DNA of 64,000 nt from Eledone cirrhosa. Lineage: Eukaryota. The notes beneath the pieces were generated by a model that saw nothing but the letters and a program-made list of their open reading frames with translations, had not been told where the DNA came from and did not search any database. Positions 29,093 to 48,795 of the stretch are shown here, piece after piece. The stretch is taken from NCBI GenBank assembly GCA_964016885.1, contig OZ024743.1, positions 14,694,001 through 14,758,000 on the forward strand, written 5' to 3'. Position numbers and translations under genes: made by a program. Position 1 is the stretch's first letter. Every line of letters begins with the position of its first letter.

Positions 29093-29406
29093 TGTGTGCG
29101 TTTTTAGATGTTTGATATTTGATATTTGATATTTGATACGTGAGTGGTTATTTGAAGAAATTAAAGAATCGTATATATATATTGTTATACTTGGGGAGGG
29201 TCATATTGTTGTAATAATATTGTCAGAATTAATAACAAAACACACTCATTGTTTGGTTGGTTTTCGCTTCTGTATCTTTTATCTCAGTTAATTATTTCGG
29301 TCCTCATGTTTACCATTGACTGACCAACGGTCAAAAATACAGATATATTATAGACACAAACACACATATATATATAGTCTATATATATGTGTTAGAATAT
29401 TTTGAA

Positions 29407-29464
29407 TTACCTGATGATGGCACCGGATTCATACTGAACCCGGTCTTTGAAATGATCATAGTAA
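29407..29464 (+). ncRNA. Type I hammerhead ribozyme (family F6, element about 29400-29670)
   Basis: UUAC CUGAUGA ..ACCGG-AUUCAUACUGAAC-CCGGU.. GAAA UGAUCA UA GUAA; palindromic helix III. Confidence 0.78.
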
Positions 29465-29847
29465 AACAAACCTTTCAAGGATTTACACCAGAACATGCCT
29501 CCTGATATTTTGTAATAATTAACTCCGTACTCGCACCACCAACTACACAAACGAAGAGGCGTGGTTGCATTACGTTGAGTGCTTTCCATAACATAACATC
29601 GTGGCTGACCACACAGAATGACCAGTTCTATCCAGTGGTGAACCAGCAAACACAAATAAATAAATAAATATATATATACATCCATATATATATATATATA
29701 TTTCTGGACTGTCCAGAAATAGCCGTCGAAACGGCTTGAGCTCTGCCGTCGGGGTCATACTTGTTCCTATATATATATACATATATATGTATATATATAT
29801 AGGAACAAGTATGACCCCGACGGCAGAGCTCAAGCCGTTTCGACGGC

Positions 29848-29887
<40 letters not shown>

Positions 29888-30427
29888 AATTACATGAATC
29901 AAAATTGTGTTTAAAACATTTATTCGCTTACAATTGTTTCTTCCAAACCGAGGTTTGAAGTTTTCGGAGCAATTTTTCAATGATATTTTACATACTTGAC
30001 CTCCTTTCCAACACAAGAGACATATAGAAACATATGTATATAGTGATGCACAGTGTGTTGACATCCATTATAATAATGTATCATGGCAATTTACATACAA
30101 AGATTTAAGCCATATTAAAGGACAAGATTAAAATTAATATACATCATTGGCTGTTTACGAAGATAAAGCAAGAGGATAGTTTGAAGTAATTAGTGTATGC
30201 AATAGTTACACGTGGGGCATGCACGTGTGTCTTATTTATATAAGATTATAGTGCGACAGGGTGTTATATAACTGCTCTGTAGAACAACTGATGTTACATT
30301 GAGCTATTTATCTTACTGGTAATAAGGTAGTAATAAATTACCGTCTTTCACTATTTAGGGTTTAAAATATATATAACTATAAAAGGTTTTAGTATAAACA
30401 TAACCATAAATAGTATCCTTAATACTA

Positions 30428-30477
<50 letters not shown>

Positions 30478-30552
30478 CATATATATATACATATATATAT
30501 ACATATATATATACATATATATATATATACACATATATATATACATATATAT

Positions 30553-31342
<790 letters not shown>

Positions 31343-31457
31343 TATATATATATATATATCTATATATCTATATATATAATAGAGAGAGAGAGACACAGAG
31401 AGAGAGAGAGGGAGAGAGAGAGACAGAGGGAGATAAAGAGAGAGAGAGAGATACAGA

Positions 31458-36140
<4,683 letters not shown>

Positions 36141-36164
36141 CTGTGCGATGTTGTTTCAGCTTGG

Positions 36165-36219
<55 letters not shown>

Positions 36220-36220
<1 letters not shown>

Positions 36221-37429
36221 TAGCAGCAGGTCCAGGCGTTGCACGAGGTAGGAAAAGTGATATAGCAACTCGCATATGCAAAGATTGAGGAATGTAGCTG
36301 TGTACTTTTTGAATTCCCTTATTGTCAGGGGATGATTTTGCATCTACTGGAAACGTAGAAAACCAGCAGGCCGAATCCAGTAGTAGCAGTGACAGTGGAG
36401 TGATTGCAGAAATACTAAATGCGAAAGGCGTAAGTGGGCCGATGTATGTCGTAAGTCTGTTCACGAATTACCTCACGGATGGGGAACACAAGTCAGTCTG
36501 AAGGAGCGACATTGTCAATTGTGGGAAAACCAAGTAGGGGTGTACGTTTAATTAGGGATATTGAGATGACGAAATCAGCGTGGCAACACAGCTATAGCAG
36601 AAGGGGATCATAGTGCAATTAGCAGAAACTTTGGGCGGCACTGGTTACACTGCGTTTACACAGCAACAAAGGCGCGGCAAAAGGGGTCACCGCGGAAATA
36701 ACACAACCGCTGTTCGGCGTACTTGCGCAGGGCATACTGCGGTGTAGGTGCAACAAAAAGGGTCTTAGTACAAGTAGCACAGACGTGAGTTTTACGTGAG
36801 TTTTACGTTTACGGTGACGTGAGTTTTACGTTTACGGTGACAATAACACGGCAACGTACACAGGGCCCTGATTTCCGCGTGATGAAAGCACGAAGCGTCA
36901 ACAGGGCAACACCGACAACAATTTAAAGGTCCTCCTCATTTCCTCAATCCCCGAAAATGTTCCTGCTTAAAAGTAAGTAAGTGGTGTGTCCTCTGTTAAA
37001 TAAACCAAATTTCTAACGAAATATTATACGCAACTTACGACGTTTAAGTAGCGTTTATATTGAAATGTAAATGGCATGTAATGCCCAATGCTAATTCATA
37101 AATTTCCTATACACCATTAATGATATCGGAAATTCTTTGGGGGACTAACTAATGTTTGCTGCAAATTTCGAGAAATTCGGCTGGATTATCTTCAAGTTAC
37201 GCCTCAAAAGAGGCTAAAAATCCCTTTAAAATGTAGTTTTTCGCCTAGGCCAGAAAAGGTTAAAATTATTTTAGGTCATTGCACTTCAAGAAATCTAAGT
37301 AACGCATGTGTAAAGTTTGAACCACATCGGTGGGGTACTTCTCGAGTTTTAGGGATTTACACACACAAACAGACAGACACACACACAGACAGACATCCTC
37401 TATTTTATATATATATATATATATATAGA
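36220..37429 (-). mobile_element. Non-autonomous Helitron
   Basis: On the minus strand it starts A|TC-TATATA.. at 37429 and ends ..CCTCGTGCAACGCCTGG-acctgctg-CTAG|T at 36220 (imperfect subterminal hairpin, AT target). Weak Rep-region remnants HYDPL..HLNIP near 36.55-36.62 kb. Confidence 0.75.
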
Positions 37430-39989
37430 TAAAGAGATGTAGAGAAATGATTAGTGAGTGATAAAATATATTTTTTTCTGTAAACAATTAAATACATCCA
37501 ACAAGCATAAACGGTTTTTAAATAAGGGATAGTATATTATATGCTGACTGATGTTCTAGACATAGACTCATTGGCCTCTCCAAATGTCTGTGGTTCACAA
37601 CTATTTGAACAGTTAAATATGTTCCATTATATTTTATTGTCTCCTCCTCATCTCTTTGTTAGTAGAATGTACCAGAATTATGATATTTCAGTCAATTAAA
37701 ATTATCAAAGAAACTTAAACATAATTCGAAAGGGAAATTAAATTTATAATTTTATAAAAACTATAATTTAAAATTATGAAATACATTTTTGAGCAGAAAT
37801 CATTCAAAGAAAATTGATAGAAACGTCGGGGAGAATAATTATTTCTTGTAAATATCTTCTAACTCTTTTCAATAAGAAATAATGATGTCTAATGGCTTAA
37901 AAGCAAAGGTAACGAACAATTAATGAGCTGAACCTATTCACAGTACCCATAACATTTACATACAACATCGTGAAAAAGTTAATGATATCGATGTTCGTTA
38001 AAATATAGAAACGGCAATGTCAAAAAACAACAGTAACTTAAATAGAAGGATATTTGTGACAAATATTATATTATATATGTTGTACAGCCTGGAGATACAG
38101 AGAAAGAACATTAGGAATTAGCACCTGTAAAACACAGTATGTAAGATTAATCGAAATATACAAATTTTACTTACTATCAGAAGAAAGCAAATACATTTTA
38201 ATGTTATTTCTCTTCATTTCGTATGTTCATATGTTAGCATTTTGCTAAATATTTAGAAAGGTAATTATTTGTTGAAGTAATCACACCTGCAATTCTGAGT
38301 GCTTATTTAGATAATCCGCATTAACAATCGTTATTTATCAAACCGAAACATTTAACATGTTACGTGACTCTTTATAGGAAACCACGGTAAACAAAATCAA
38401 TAGAATCATCCGATGCTTATATTGGAGAAAGGTCAACACATCACATTATAAAAAGATTGGCTGATTAAATAACAAAATATCCTAAAAATTTCGAAGCAAG
38501 TGAGTAAAATATAATATTAATAATAATATAGTATTTAAAATATGTTACATTATATTCTAGGAATGTTACATTTTAATCTAGTCACGATCAAAACAATTCT
38601 GTAATTGTCCAACGCCTGTAACACTTTCTAAAAACCAAGTTTTCATATCTCCTTCGCCGAAGGCATCAATACAAGAACGCGCGTGACAAATGTAATACCC
38701 CTATATAAAATCTAAACTATTTCCACTGGCACTCATGTCAAATTACCACAAACAAAACTAATGCTCTTTCAGATATAACCAGCTAATATATAGTCATATT
38801 AATTAGTCGCTATCTAAATTCAGGAGACTATTGTAATTAATACTGTGAACGCTCTAAATAATTACTGAAACCGTTAGTAACAATACTTAGAATCTACATG
38901 ACAAATACAACGCATGTCAACATACTTAATGTGGTTTATTCCATAAATAATCAACAAATCTATCATACACATTACTTCACATATTTATGGTAGGTACATT
39001 ACCTGCATGTAGTATCTAATTATTAACATTATCAATTATCAGCTGGATAGTAAATAATTGATTATCCACTTCTTACTGCACTTATCTAAGTTGGATTTGA
39101 AACATGGGAAATTGACTACCACATCAGAAAGAGGAAAACGAAGTACACCTCGAAACACAATTTTTATTGATAAAGGACCATATTAAATCGTAAATTGTAT
39201 AATTTTTATCGATTAAACACAAGGAAAAGAGATATCCTGACTCCCAGAGTCTAATTCACCATATAAAATACAATAAAACAGTGCGTCCAGTCATATATTG
39301 GACGTAAAGTAACATTAGGGATACTAGATTGATTCTAAACATACGGCAACACAACTAGGCATCAATCAAATTCACTTCCATTTCACTGTACACCATTCAA
39401 CCTATATCAGTTAAAATCCGAACTCTCGAATGGTTTAACTACATGCTGCATGAGCAAAGAACTGTTCACAACCCAACTGTTACCGATTTGCAAGTATGAG
39501 ACGAAGTATGATTAACATCGTTTTTTAAGAACATGATTAATCAAACAAGTTCATGTCCGGCTTTTATAAGTAAAGCAAATGAATTGTTCATGTTTATAAA
39601 TAAGGACTTGACATAAATCGAATTGAAATATCTCATGTAAGAGACGATCGTGACAAACAGAAATGTTTGTAATTTCGAAAACATTTGCAATATAAATATA
39701 TGTTAGGGGAAAGTGGTGAAATGTCATTTACACATATATTTTCTCATTGATTATTGCCTTGTTACGTACATTTCACAGATGCTCGGCGGACGTTCTTTTT
39801 TTCTCTATGAAAACAGTACAAGAAATGTGTCGTGAAAAACCCTACAGACGGCGAAAAGGGGACAACATCGCCCATGGTACGCGAATATATATTGGATTGC
39901 GTTAACCTAATACATACCTTCCATATACTGTACCGATTATGTTGTTGTTTCTTTTTACCTTTTACACACACACACACACATATATATAT

Positions 39990-40330
39990 AAATTAGAATT
40001 GGTACTGTGAAATAGCCATATATATATGAATGTATATATAGTGTATTTTGCAATACATTTTATGCTTAATTAAAAGCATTTTGAAGACCGTATGCTATTG
40101 TTTTAGAGTAGTGACAGACTCACTTACTTTAATTTCAGCAACCAGGGGGAGATAAAGCTTTGATAAGCATCAATAAATGCAGAAACAAGTCCTTGTCAGC
40201 TTTATCTCCCCCTGTTTGCTGAAATTAAAGTAAGTGAGTCTGTCACTACTCTAAAACAATAGCATACGGTCTTCAAAATGCTTTTAATTAAGCATAAAGT
40301 GTATTGCAAAATACACTATATATACATATA
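39990..40330. mobile_element. Palindromic element F8 with an HHR at the hairpin apex (40151-40206, +); second copy at 59862-60405
   Basis: GAUAAAGCU UUGAUAA GCAU-caauaa-AUGC (A)GAAA CAAG-UC-CUUG UC AGCUUUAUC; arms about 40032-40159 and 40198-40326. Confidence 0.8.
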
Positions 40331-40422
40331 TATATATATATATATAATATATAAGAACATGATATGTTGATTTAAAACTGCACTATCCACAAGTGTTTTT
40401 TAGCCTTCATATCATGTCCTCC

Positions 40423-40493
40423 TGTTTTATCTGATGAAAACACAAATATTATTGCATGATGATGTTTGTTTTTGAAATGCGCATAATAAAATA
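40423..40493 (+). ncRNA. Type I hammerhead ribozyme (family F9, element about 40350-40620)
   Basis: UGUUUUAU CUGAUGA AAAC-ACAAAUAUUAU..GAUGAUGUUUGU-UUUU GAAA UGCGCA UA AUAAAAUA. Confidence 0.82.
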
Positions 40494-40616
40494 CATGGAA
40501 CTGCTTTAACCATCTTTTGTTCTTATATATTATGTATACTCCAGTCCTACAAACTGTAGAGTGCTTCTTATCCGATATCTGCATTGCTTTATTGTACTAC
40601 AATAAAACTCACCTCC

Positions 40617-40703
<87 letters not shown>

Positions 40704-42479
40704 CTATAAAATAGTAGTTCCTTATTTTGCATACGCCAAATCGTGTGTAATAATTCATACACTGTTCGTGCTTCGTTCATCACTAATTTACCAAATTCTC
40801 TGGAATATATTTATCAGTGGATTAATGTTTTAATGTAGAAACGCCTACAACGTTTTCTCCAGTACTTGCGAACAAATATAACGGATATAATGTTAATTGA
40901 TCTCCTGTTTTCTGTCCTTCATTATTTTAACGGAACTGTGGATGCTCTCTCCCCGTCAAATATATTAAGAAAACTATAATCCTTCTTGTTCTGTTTTTGC
41001 TTGTGAATGCGATTCCTGGTTATTGATTTGTTAAATATTCTGATCCTCAGAATATCATATTAAATGGCAAATATTTTACCGAAATGTTAGCTATCTCGCG
41101 TTGCTTTGAGGAAAATCAGTTAATATCGTTTACCTTAGTTTAACGGTGGATAATATGTGCGTGAAATTTCAAAGGTATTCAAGCCACAATTGATCTGAAA
41201 ATCCTGATCTGACTGACAGGCATCATGTCATCATTTGAATTGTGGTTTGAAACAGAAACAGCAGCAGATTTATTATTAACCATACAAACATCATTCCTAC
41301 TGTAGCGTGTGAGAGATATCACCTCTACAAGGAGTACAAAATATATTTGTTCATAAAGAAGGTTAAATAAAATACGTAAAGAATTGTTCAGTAGGTGTCC
41401 GAGTGTAAAGTAGTTGTATAAACTAAGAATGGATAACAATAGAGAGAATCGAATGCAGCTGGCGTGAAATAATTGTAAAGCTAATTAATTTACTGATTGC
41501 AATTGCTAAATGATCATCATTTTGATAAATCATGAAACCGACGTAAACGATTTCGGTCAGCTTTCATAAGTTATCTGTTCTATATATGATGTATAATTAC
41601 TATAGACACTGCTCTAGAAATCCCAGATTATAACTGATTGACAATAACTAAACTATTGCAAATTGACATAGAATGGAGCAAACAAAACCAAAACGACATT
41701 CATATATCTTTACAAATATGTAACAGGACAAATCAAATAAGAAAGAAAGTTGATAGAGTTTAACATAAAATGGTGTTTTAGTGCTTCTACATGAGAACAC
41801 TTTTCAAATCGTACTGGTCAGTAAGTTTTGTAATTAACCCAGATCTTTGCTTTACGAGTCGGTCAATGGATGGCATTTTCTACTCTTAAAATTGACTCAG
41901 GTAAGGTGATAGATATAAAATCAAAGGCACCAAAGACAATGTTTCAGAAGGGACCAATGTAACAATGGGAGTGAAAACGTGGGAGACGATAAGTGAGAAA
42001 TGTGTACAGAAAAACAGAATGCTAAAGTCGTAAGGAAAAACAGACAACATAATAATATGGAATAAGAAATGTGAAAGAGAAATGAAAAAAGAAACAACAC
42101 CAATACACTCAGTAAAGAAATCATGTATAAGGAAAGTAAAGACAATAGGAATAAAAGATAAGAGAAAGAGGAATTAAAAGAAAAAAATTCAATATTTCTC
42201 TCTTATTAAACGAATATATTTTTCAAATGAATCACTAAAATTGACTAAACAAAGTTTAGTGCCATTTTTTTGTTATTGCCAAAATGGGCGTAAAAAAATA
42301 CAAATCTAAACTTAAAAAAATTTAAATTAACTTTGCATACATTTCCTCTCCCCATACATAATTCCACACGCGAACAGCCGAACAGCAAAGCACATACTCA
42401 AAGTTACACACTGACATATATACATACACACATATATATATACAGACATATAAAATATATATATATATATATATTTATA

Positions 42480-42522
<43 letters not shown>

Positions 42523-43408
42523 GAATTACACACTTGTACTGATTCATACATAGCACACACACACACACATATACATATATATATACCCACATACACGGGT
42601 GTATATTAGCATGAGTGTGTATATACGTATATTTATGGTTTTTGCTGTTGTGTCTTTTAGTATTGTGTAGTGTAGACTATGATAGTGTGTGAGTATGTTT
42701 ATGTGTTTTATTTTATTCTTCACAAAGTGTTTCATTATGAAAAGAGCTAAGTACGATAACGATTTCCCGCCAGATATTTACTTTCATCTCACACAATTGG
42801 ATTAAGCAACATTATTTATTTATTTATTCCTTCATTCATATTTTTTTTACTTTGTTTTCTGTGTTAGTGCCAATGTGAGTGTCTCTGTGCCTGTGTATTT
42901 GAATGTGATTTTACAGTTCAGTATGTATGTTTTCTGCGTGGTTTTGTGTTATTGTTTTACAACAATATTCAGGATAACATTTGAATCATTACAGTAAAAG
43001 TAATATTTGATATTTTTTGCAGAGCGTGTGTAAGCTTAAATATTCTTATCAGATATCGACTTTTGAAAGTTATATTATTGAACAATAAATAAATTTTCAT
43101 TCAGCAAGCACTGCAGCAAAATCATAATGAAACAAATAAAATAGTAGTACTTTTTCGATAACAATTTTTGAATAGAAGTGGTAAAAATATAAGTATAGAA
43201 AGAAAGAATTGTAGAAGCGAATATAATCTAATAATAACAAGAGATCTGCAGATGGTTATTTGCTTTTTGTGTATTGAGATTTACCCAGATAGAGAGCAAT
43301 GTTTCAGGAATCTCATACGAGAGCATTTTTCCTTGCTTCGTCATCACGTAAATTTTCTTAATATTTATCGAAACGCTTTCTCAGCATTATTTGTAAAGCT
43401 TGTGAATT

Positions 43409-43705
43409 GGGCGGTGAATTGGCAGTATCGGTAGAGGGTTGGACGCCATGCTTTGACGCATAGAGTTACGGCCCTTGCCATTCTGAGTTCAAATCCCGCC
43501 GAGGTTAACTTTGCCTTTCATCCTTACGGGGTCGATAAAATAAAGTACCAGTAATGTACTGGATAATTGCTGGCCTTGTGCCAAAAGTAGAAACAATTAT
43601 TTGTAAAGCTTGTCCTTTCATCCTTACGGGGTCGATAAAATAAAGTACCAGTCACGCACCGGAGTCGATTTAATCGACTTTCCACTCACCCAAAATTGCT
43701 GTAAG
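43409..43705 (+). mobile_element. tRNA-derived SINE plus tandem partial second body
   Basis: A-box TGGCAGTATCGG (43420), B-box GAGTTCAAATCCC (about 43485); body repeated from about 43613. Confidence 0.88.
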
Positions 43706-44347
43706 AAAACATTATTTGTAAATTTGTATTCAGTATTTTACCTATGTTAAGGATAATCATTGTTAGATCGTTGAAACATTTATTTGCTTATTTTGTGTTA
43801 TTAACAAATTCCAATTTAGTAGACAGATGATATGTTCATAAGAATGGGAGCTCTAGCCATTTTGGATGCTAACCCTTCAATGGAAAGTAATGAAGTGTGT
43901 CACATTTATATTGTTGGGGTGAAACTCAAACAGATGATTCAATATCGGATGTGTTTGTCATAAATGTGGGGGCCCATTGACATGGGGTGAGGACAAGAAA
44001 AATAGGTCGATCAGACGGTTTTTCACAATTGAAGTTGCTAGGGTACTGCTATATTTACCGCAAGAAAAACATGGACAAAGACGTTGTGGTAAAGCACAGA
44101 CTCATCTTGCTCCATGCATTTCTAAATTTACAATTCAGAGCATGCATAACAAACTATACGTTTGTGTTGCTACATTCTACGTTACTTCCAAAATCGATAG
44201 GGTTAAATGTTCGATTAAATTTATTATTTAATTTAGCGTTGCCATATTTAATAGTGGCGGATATAAACTAGGTATAATGACCAATGAATAATGTTATTTG
44301 AAATTTTCGACCTGCGCGTAAAGAATCCCTCCCCAGACATTTTGATC

Positions 44348-44384
<37 letters not shown>

Positions 44385-45753
44385 CAATTGCTGACACGCT
44401 AGGATGAACACCTTTTCTGCACAAACATTCGCGGGGGGGCCACGCACTAACCATGACCCACCATAATAATAACCACATCTGCCCCGTATCACCATCGCCC
44501 ATCTCAACGAATTTTAATTCTAATCTTACTTTACTTTATCTTATTTTATTGTATTGCATTTAACCATATGTAAGCCTGTATTTTGTATATCATGCCGCAT
44601 ACATAACCCACACCAAAAATCACACTAACCATGACACACCATATTAATAACCACCTATACCCCGTCTCACCATCGCCCATCTCAATGAACTTATTGTAGT
44701 GTACTCCATGTAACCATTTCTAAGCCCGCATTTGTATATCATGCCGCACACATCACCATCACCACCACCAAAGTTCACATCAACATACACACCTCATCGT
44801 TGCAACATCATATTAGATCGGTCTCCTATGATAGGTTTTACCTTGCAATCCACAATGACAAGGGATCTTGTAAATACAATGTCGATCATATCACACCATC
44901 GCCACCACCACCACACCACACATCGTCATATGTCTACCATGCACACCTACAACCTCATCCCCCAATGTGCCCTCTATCTACCCTAACCTACAACACCACG
45001 CTAAATTCGACCCTGTAATTGTACTGTCGCACGCACACACAACCACCGCCACCACTAGATACATCCAAATACTTCAACAATCATTATCATTAACATCATC
45101 AACACATATCACCCCTCGCTCCCAGATCGACTGTATTATATACCCCACCCCCCATCTGCCTTACCCTATAACACACCGTAACCTCTGATCATGTAATCAT
45201 CTTGTCGAACATATCACCCAGCACCACCACCATCACCATGTCCACAACACACACCGCCGTACGTCCATAAACGCTTCTCCCCCGCGTTCCCTATGTCACC
45301 TTTTAACCGGTATTCGATCCGGTATATATATATTTTTGTCCCTCACAGCTCCACCACCACCACCACAAAACACAACTCCATACTTCATCAACACCGACAA
45401 CACATACCTCCACTCCCAAAACCAACAATAGTGTGTGTCTGTGTGTAAGTATTGTTACACATACGGGCGTATAAGTGTGCGTGCGTGTACGCATAGTTAT
45501 ATGTATGTGTGTGTGTATGTGAACACATGTGTATACATATGTGTGTGTGTGTGTATATATATATCTGTGTATATATATGTGTATGTGTATGCGTATGTGT
45601 ATGTGTGTGTGTATATGTATGTGTATGTATGTGTGTATATGTGTACGTCTACATATATGTATATGGGTGAATCTGACTGTATGTGTAGGTGAGCTCATGT
45701 ATGTGCATGTATGTGTATATGTGCGTGTATGTGTGTGTTATCTGTACTGTACA

Positions 45754-45792
<39 letters not shown>

Positions 45793-46941
45793 ATATATAT
45801 ATATGTGTGTGAGTATACGTGTGTGTGAGTGTATATGTGTATATTTTGTATACGTGAATGTGAATCCATGTGCCCATACCCATATGTGTGTATGGGTATA
45901 TGTATGTGTATAAAACACCTTCTACATTGCCTCTCACCTTCCCCCCATCTCTGTCGTTCGCCACCTCCACCGATACTCCCCCACTCTCCATATTCGTGTC
46001 CGCATGCGCGCATGCACATACATGTGTGTACATATACAATAGGCTGTGTGTGAGCGTGTGTCGATATGTGTGGGCAAGGATGTGCGTATGTGTTTTGTGG
46101 TGTGTGTGTTTATACAACAATATGTGTTCACATATATACATATATGTGTGTACGTATACGTATATACAAAGTATCTGTCAGACGAAGAGCGTCTAGCTAT
46201 GTATCTAGGTAAGGACGTTGACGCCACCAATACATCCACCACACTACCATAAACGCCGCTACCATAGATAACGGCACCAATACCACACCCCCAAACACAC
46301 GCCAACCCGTCTACTGACAATCCACTAACCTCATACCACAGCCCATCCCACTAAGCAACCATAACCACCACCATATCATCACATCCACCCCCATATATTC
46401 TACACGCCAAGGCCAACCCACCACCACCACATCACAGCCCATCTCATCCACCGACCGTCACCAACATCTCACCATCACACCCACCCCCATATACACTACA
46501 GGCCAGTACATCGCCTTGATCCTTCCCACCAATCAAAACAACTCATTTTGTCAAACTCTTGAATCTCTGACTTTATCACATAGCATGTATTTCATTTTCT
46601 TATAGCATTTTAAGAGGGTCCGTCGACCTGCGGATTATTGAGTCGGGTAGGATCGATATAGATCGAACCTTGAGCTGATCAGTGGTGAAACGCGCGTCAC
46701 CTATCAATAAATGCAATGAAGGAATAATCAATCGTACTTTTTATCCTTTCTATATATTACACTCTGTATAGCTCTACACCTCATCACAGAACTGAACCTA
46801 AACATCGAGTGCTCTCCCGGGTGAACCTGCAGTAACTCCTAGTTACACCCCCTGGATATATATATATATATAAGTATGTACACGTACATACATATATGTA
46901 TACAGACGTACAGTAGTATGTATATATATAAAGGAAAAGAA

Positions 46942-47412
46942 TGTTTCTCTTTGTTGAATATAAGTCACCAATTTAGCGGAGAAGTATTTAGAAGTTGGTA
47001 AGGTTGTCACGAGGAACCAGGTTTGGTAGAAAGATATGATAGGAATATCGACAACGACTTTAGCTTGGTTTTACATTATTTATTAACAGAGGTTGAGCTG
47101 GCATGCCAAGAGAAATAAAACAAATCAATTAAGATTACAAGAGAAAATACGGTCGACTGGCTGAGACGTTTAGCCAATTCCGTAGTAAAATTGTTGTGTC
47201 GTTACATATTGTTTGTGCTGGCGGAGCAAAGAACAAGTGGTGTTTACCTTAGCACGGTCTAGCTCGAAGTGATGGCATCCTCAAATCTTTGCGGGCTATT
47301 TCTCCCTCAGAACGCGTAGGGATACATCCTCTTCTACTGGCGCTGATTGGCTGAGCTGAGCCAAATCACGCACAGAGAATGTATGTGAGCCCGCAGAATG
47401 TAGGTCACTACA
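46942..47412 (-). mobile_element. Possible solo LTR interrupting an F2 copy
   Basis: Minus strand begins TGTAGTGACC, contains AATAAA and ends CA; F2 sequence resumes on both sides. No clear TSD. Confidence 0.3.
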
Positions 47413-47994
47413 TATATATACATACATGCACACATATATATATATATATGTATGTATGCAACGATGGTTGCTAGACACTACGGCTTAATACGGGATGTTT
47501 GTTTACAAACACACCGAGCATTATAATAAATGTTCGGTGAATCCAAACGTACATATATATATATGTGTGCATGTATGTATATATATATATACATACTACT
47601 GTACGTCTGTATACATATATGTATGTACGTGTACATACTTATATTTAAGTAACAGCCGTACTAAGAGTGGGAAATGACATTTCGTTTCATTTTTTCCGTT
47701 TATATATATATACATTTATATAAAGAGATTAAGTTGCACGAATATTGAAGCAATAGCTAATATACGCACGCCTTGAATGTAAGAGCTACGATACACAAGT
47801 CCTGTTATTTTTTCAGCTCAAACAATGTAGACACCAAATTCTACGTTTTACTCATTACTATCCGAAACATTAAATATTCGGATATGTATTATTACCACTT
47901 TCATTAAATATTCTAATGAATTTCCGAAATTACAAAAACTAAGTGACGGTACTGACACAAACGCCTCTCACTAGCAAAACTGTTTTAAGGTATA

Positions 47995-48795
47995 CGAGGT
48001 GGGTCAGAAAAGTTTTATTTCAAACCCAAACTTCACACTAAGAGTTTTCTCCTTCAAAGTAATCCCCCTGGAGTTTAATGTAGTTTTCCTTCCTTTTCTG
48101 CCACGCTTGCATGCACTTCTGGAATGATTCTTCAGGGATCCTCCGCAGTTCCGCTGTCATGGCCTTTTTGATGTCGTCCACGTCTTCAAAACGGGTCCCC
48201 TGGAGATGACTGTCCCTAGCAAGCCTGGTTCGGTTTCAAGACGCTCGAGGTCATCGTTCAGCAGTTTTGGCACCAACTTCGCCCAGACTTTCCGCATGTC
48301 CAAATCTTCAGTGAGAATCTTCCAGACGCTGTCCCGATTCATGCCCAGCTTATTTTCCATCAGTCGAACAGTCAGCCGACGATCGCTACGCACCATCTGC
48401 CTGACGCGCTCAACCTTGACCTCAGTCCTGGTTGTTGAGGCCCTTCCGCTCCCGGGCTCATCTACCATGTCCTCGCGTCCTTTTTTAAACCTCTTGCACC
48501 ACTCAAAAACACGTGAGCGTGACATCGTCTCATCTCCATACACTTGCTGCAGCAATCCCAGTGCTTCTGATGGAGTTTTCAAGTTTGTTCGTTGCTCTGT
48601 GCTCATTGCTTGACGACCTGAAACAGAGGACATGTATATGAATTATGAAGAAAAAATGTGATCGCTGCAGAGAGCTAAGATTACAGTTACATACTCCAGG
48701 AGGATTAATGTGAAGGAGAAAACTCTCAGTGTGAAATTTGGGTTTGAAATAAATCTTTTGTGAAATCAGTCCTGGAACTTTTCTGACCCACCTCG
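47995..48795 (-). mobile_element. Internally deleted mariner (Tc1/mariner) transposon
   Basis: TA-CGAGGTGGGTCAGAAAAGTT TIRs with TA on both sides. ORF 48157-48633 has mariner HTH motifs (MSRSRVFEWCKRFKKGRE..DEPGSGR, DRRLTVR, KVWAKLVPKLL). Catalytic domain mostly absent. Confidence 0.92.

Noticed and set aside
40800-41000. Possible very old RT fragment on the minus strand
   Set aside because: Too degenerate to translate convincingly by eye.
41178-41251. Hairpin TTCAAGCCACAATT..AATTGTGGTTTGAA as a pre-miRNA
   Set aside because: Only a 14-bp stem with a large, poorly paired interior; no recognised mature sequence.
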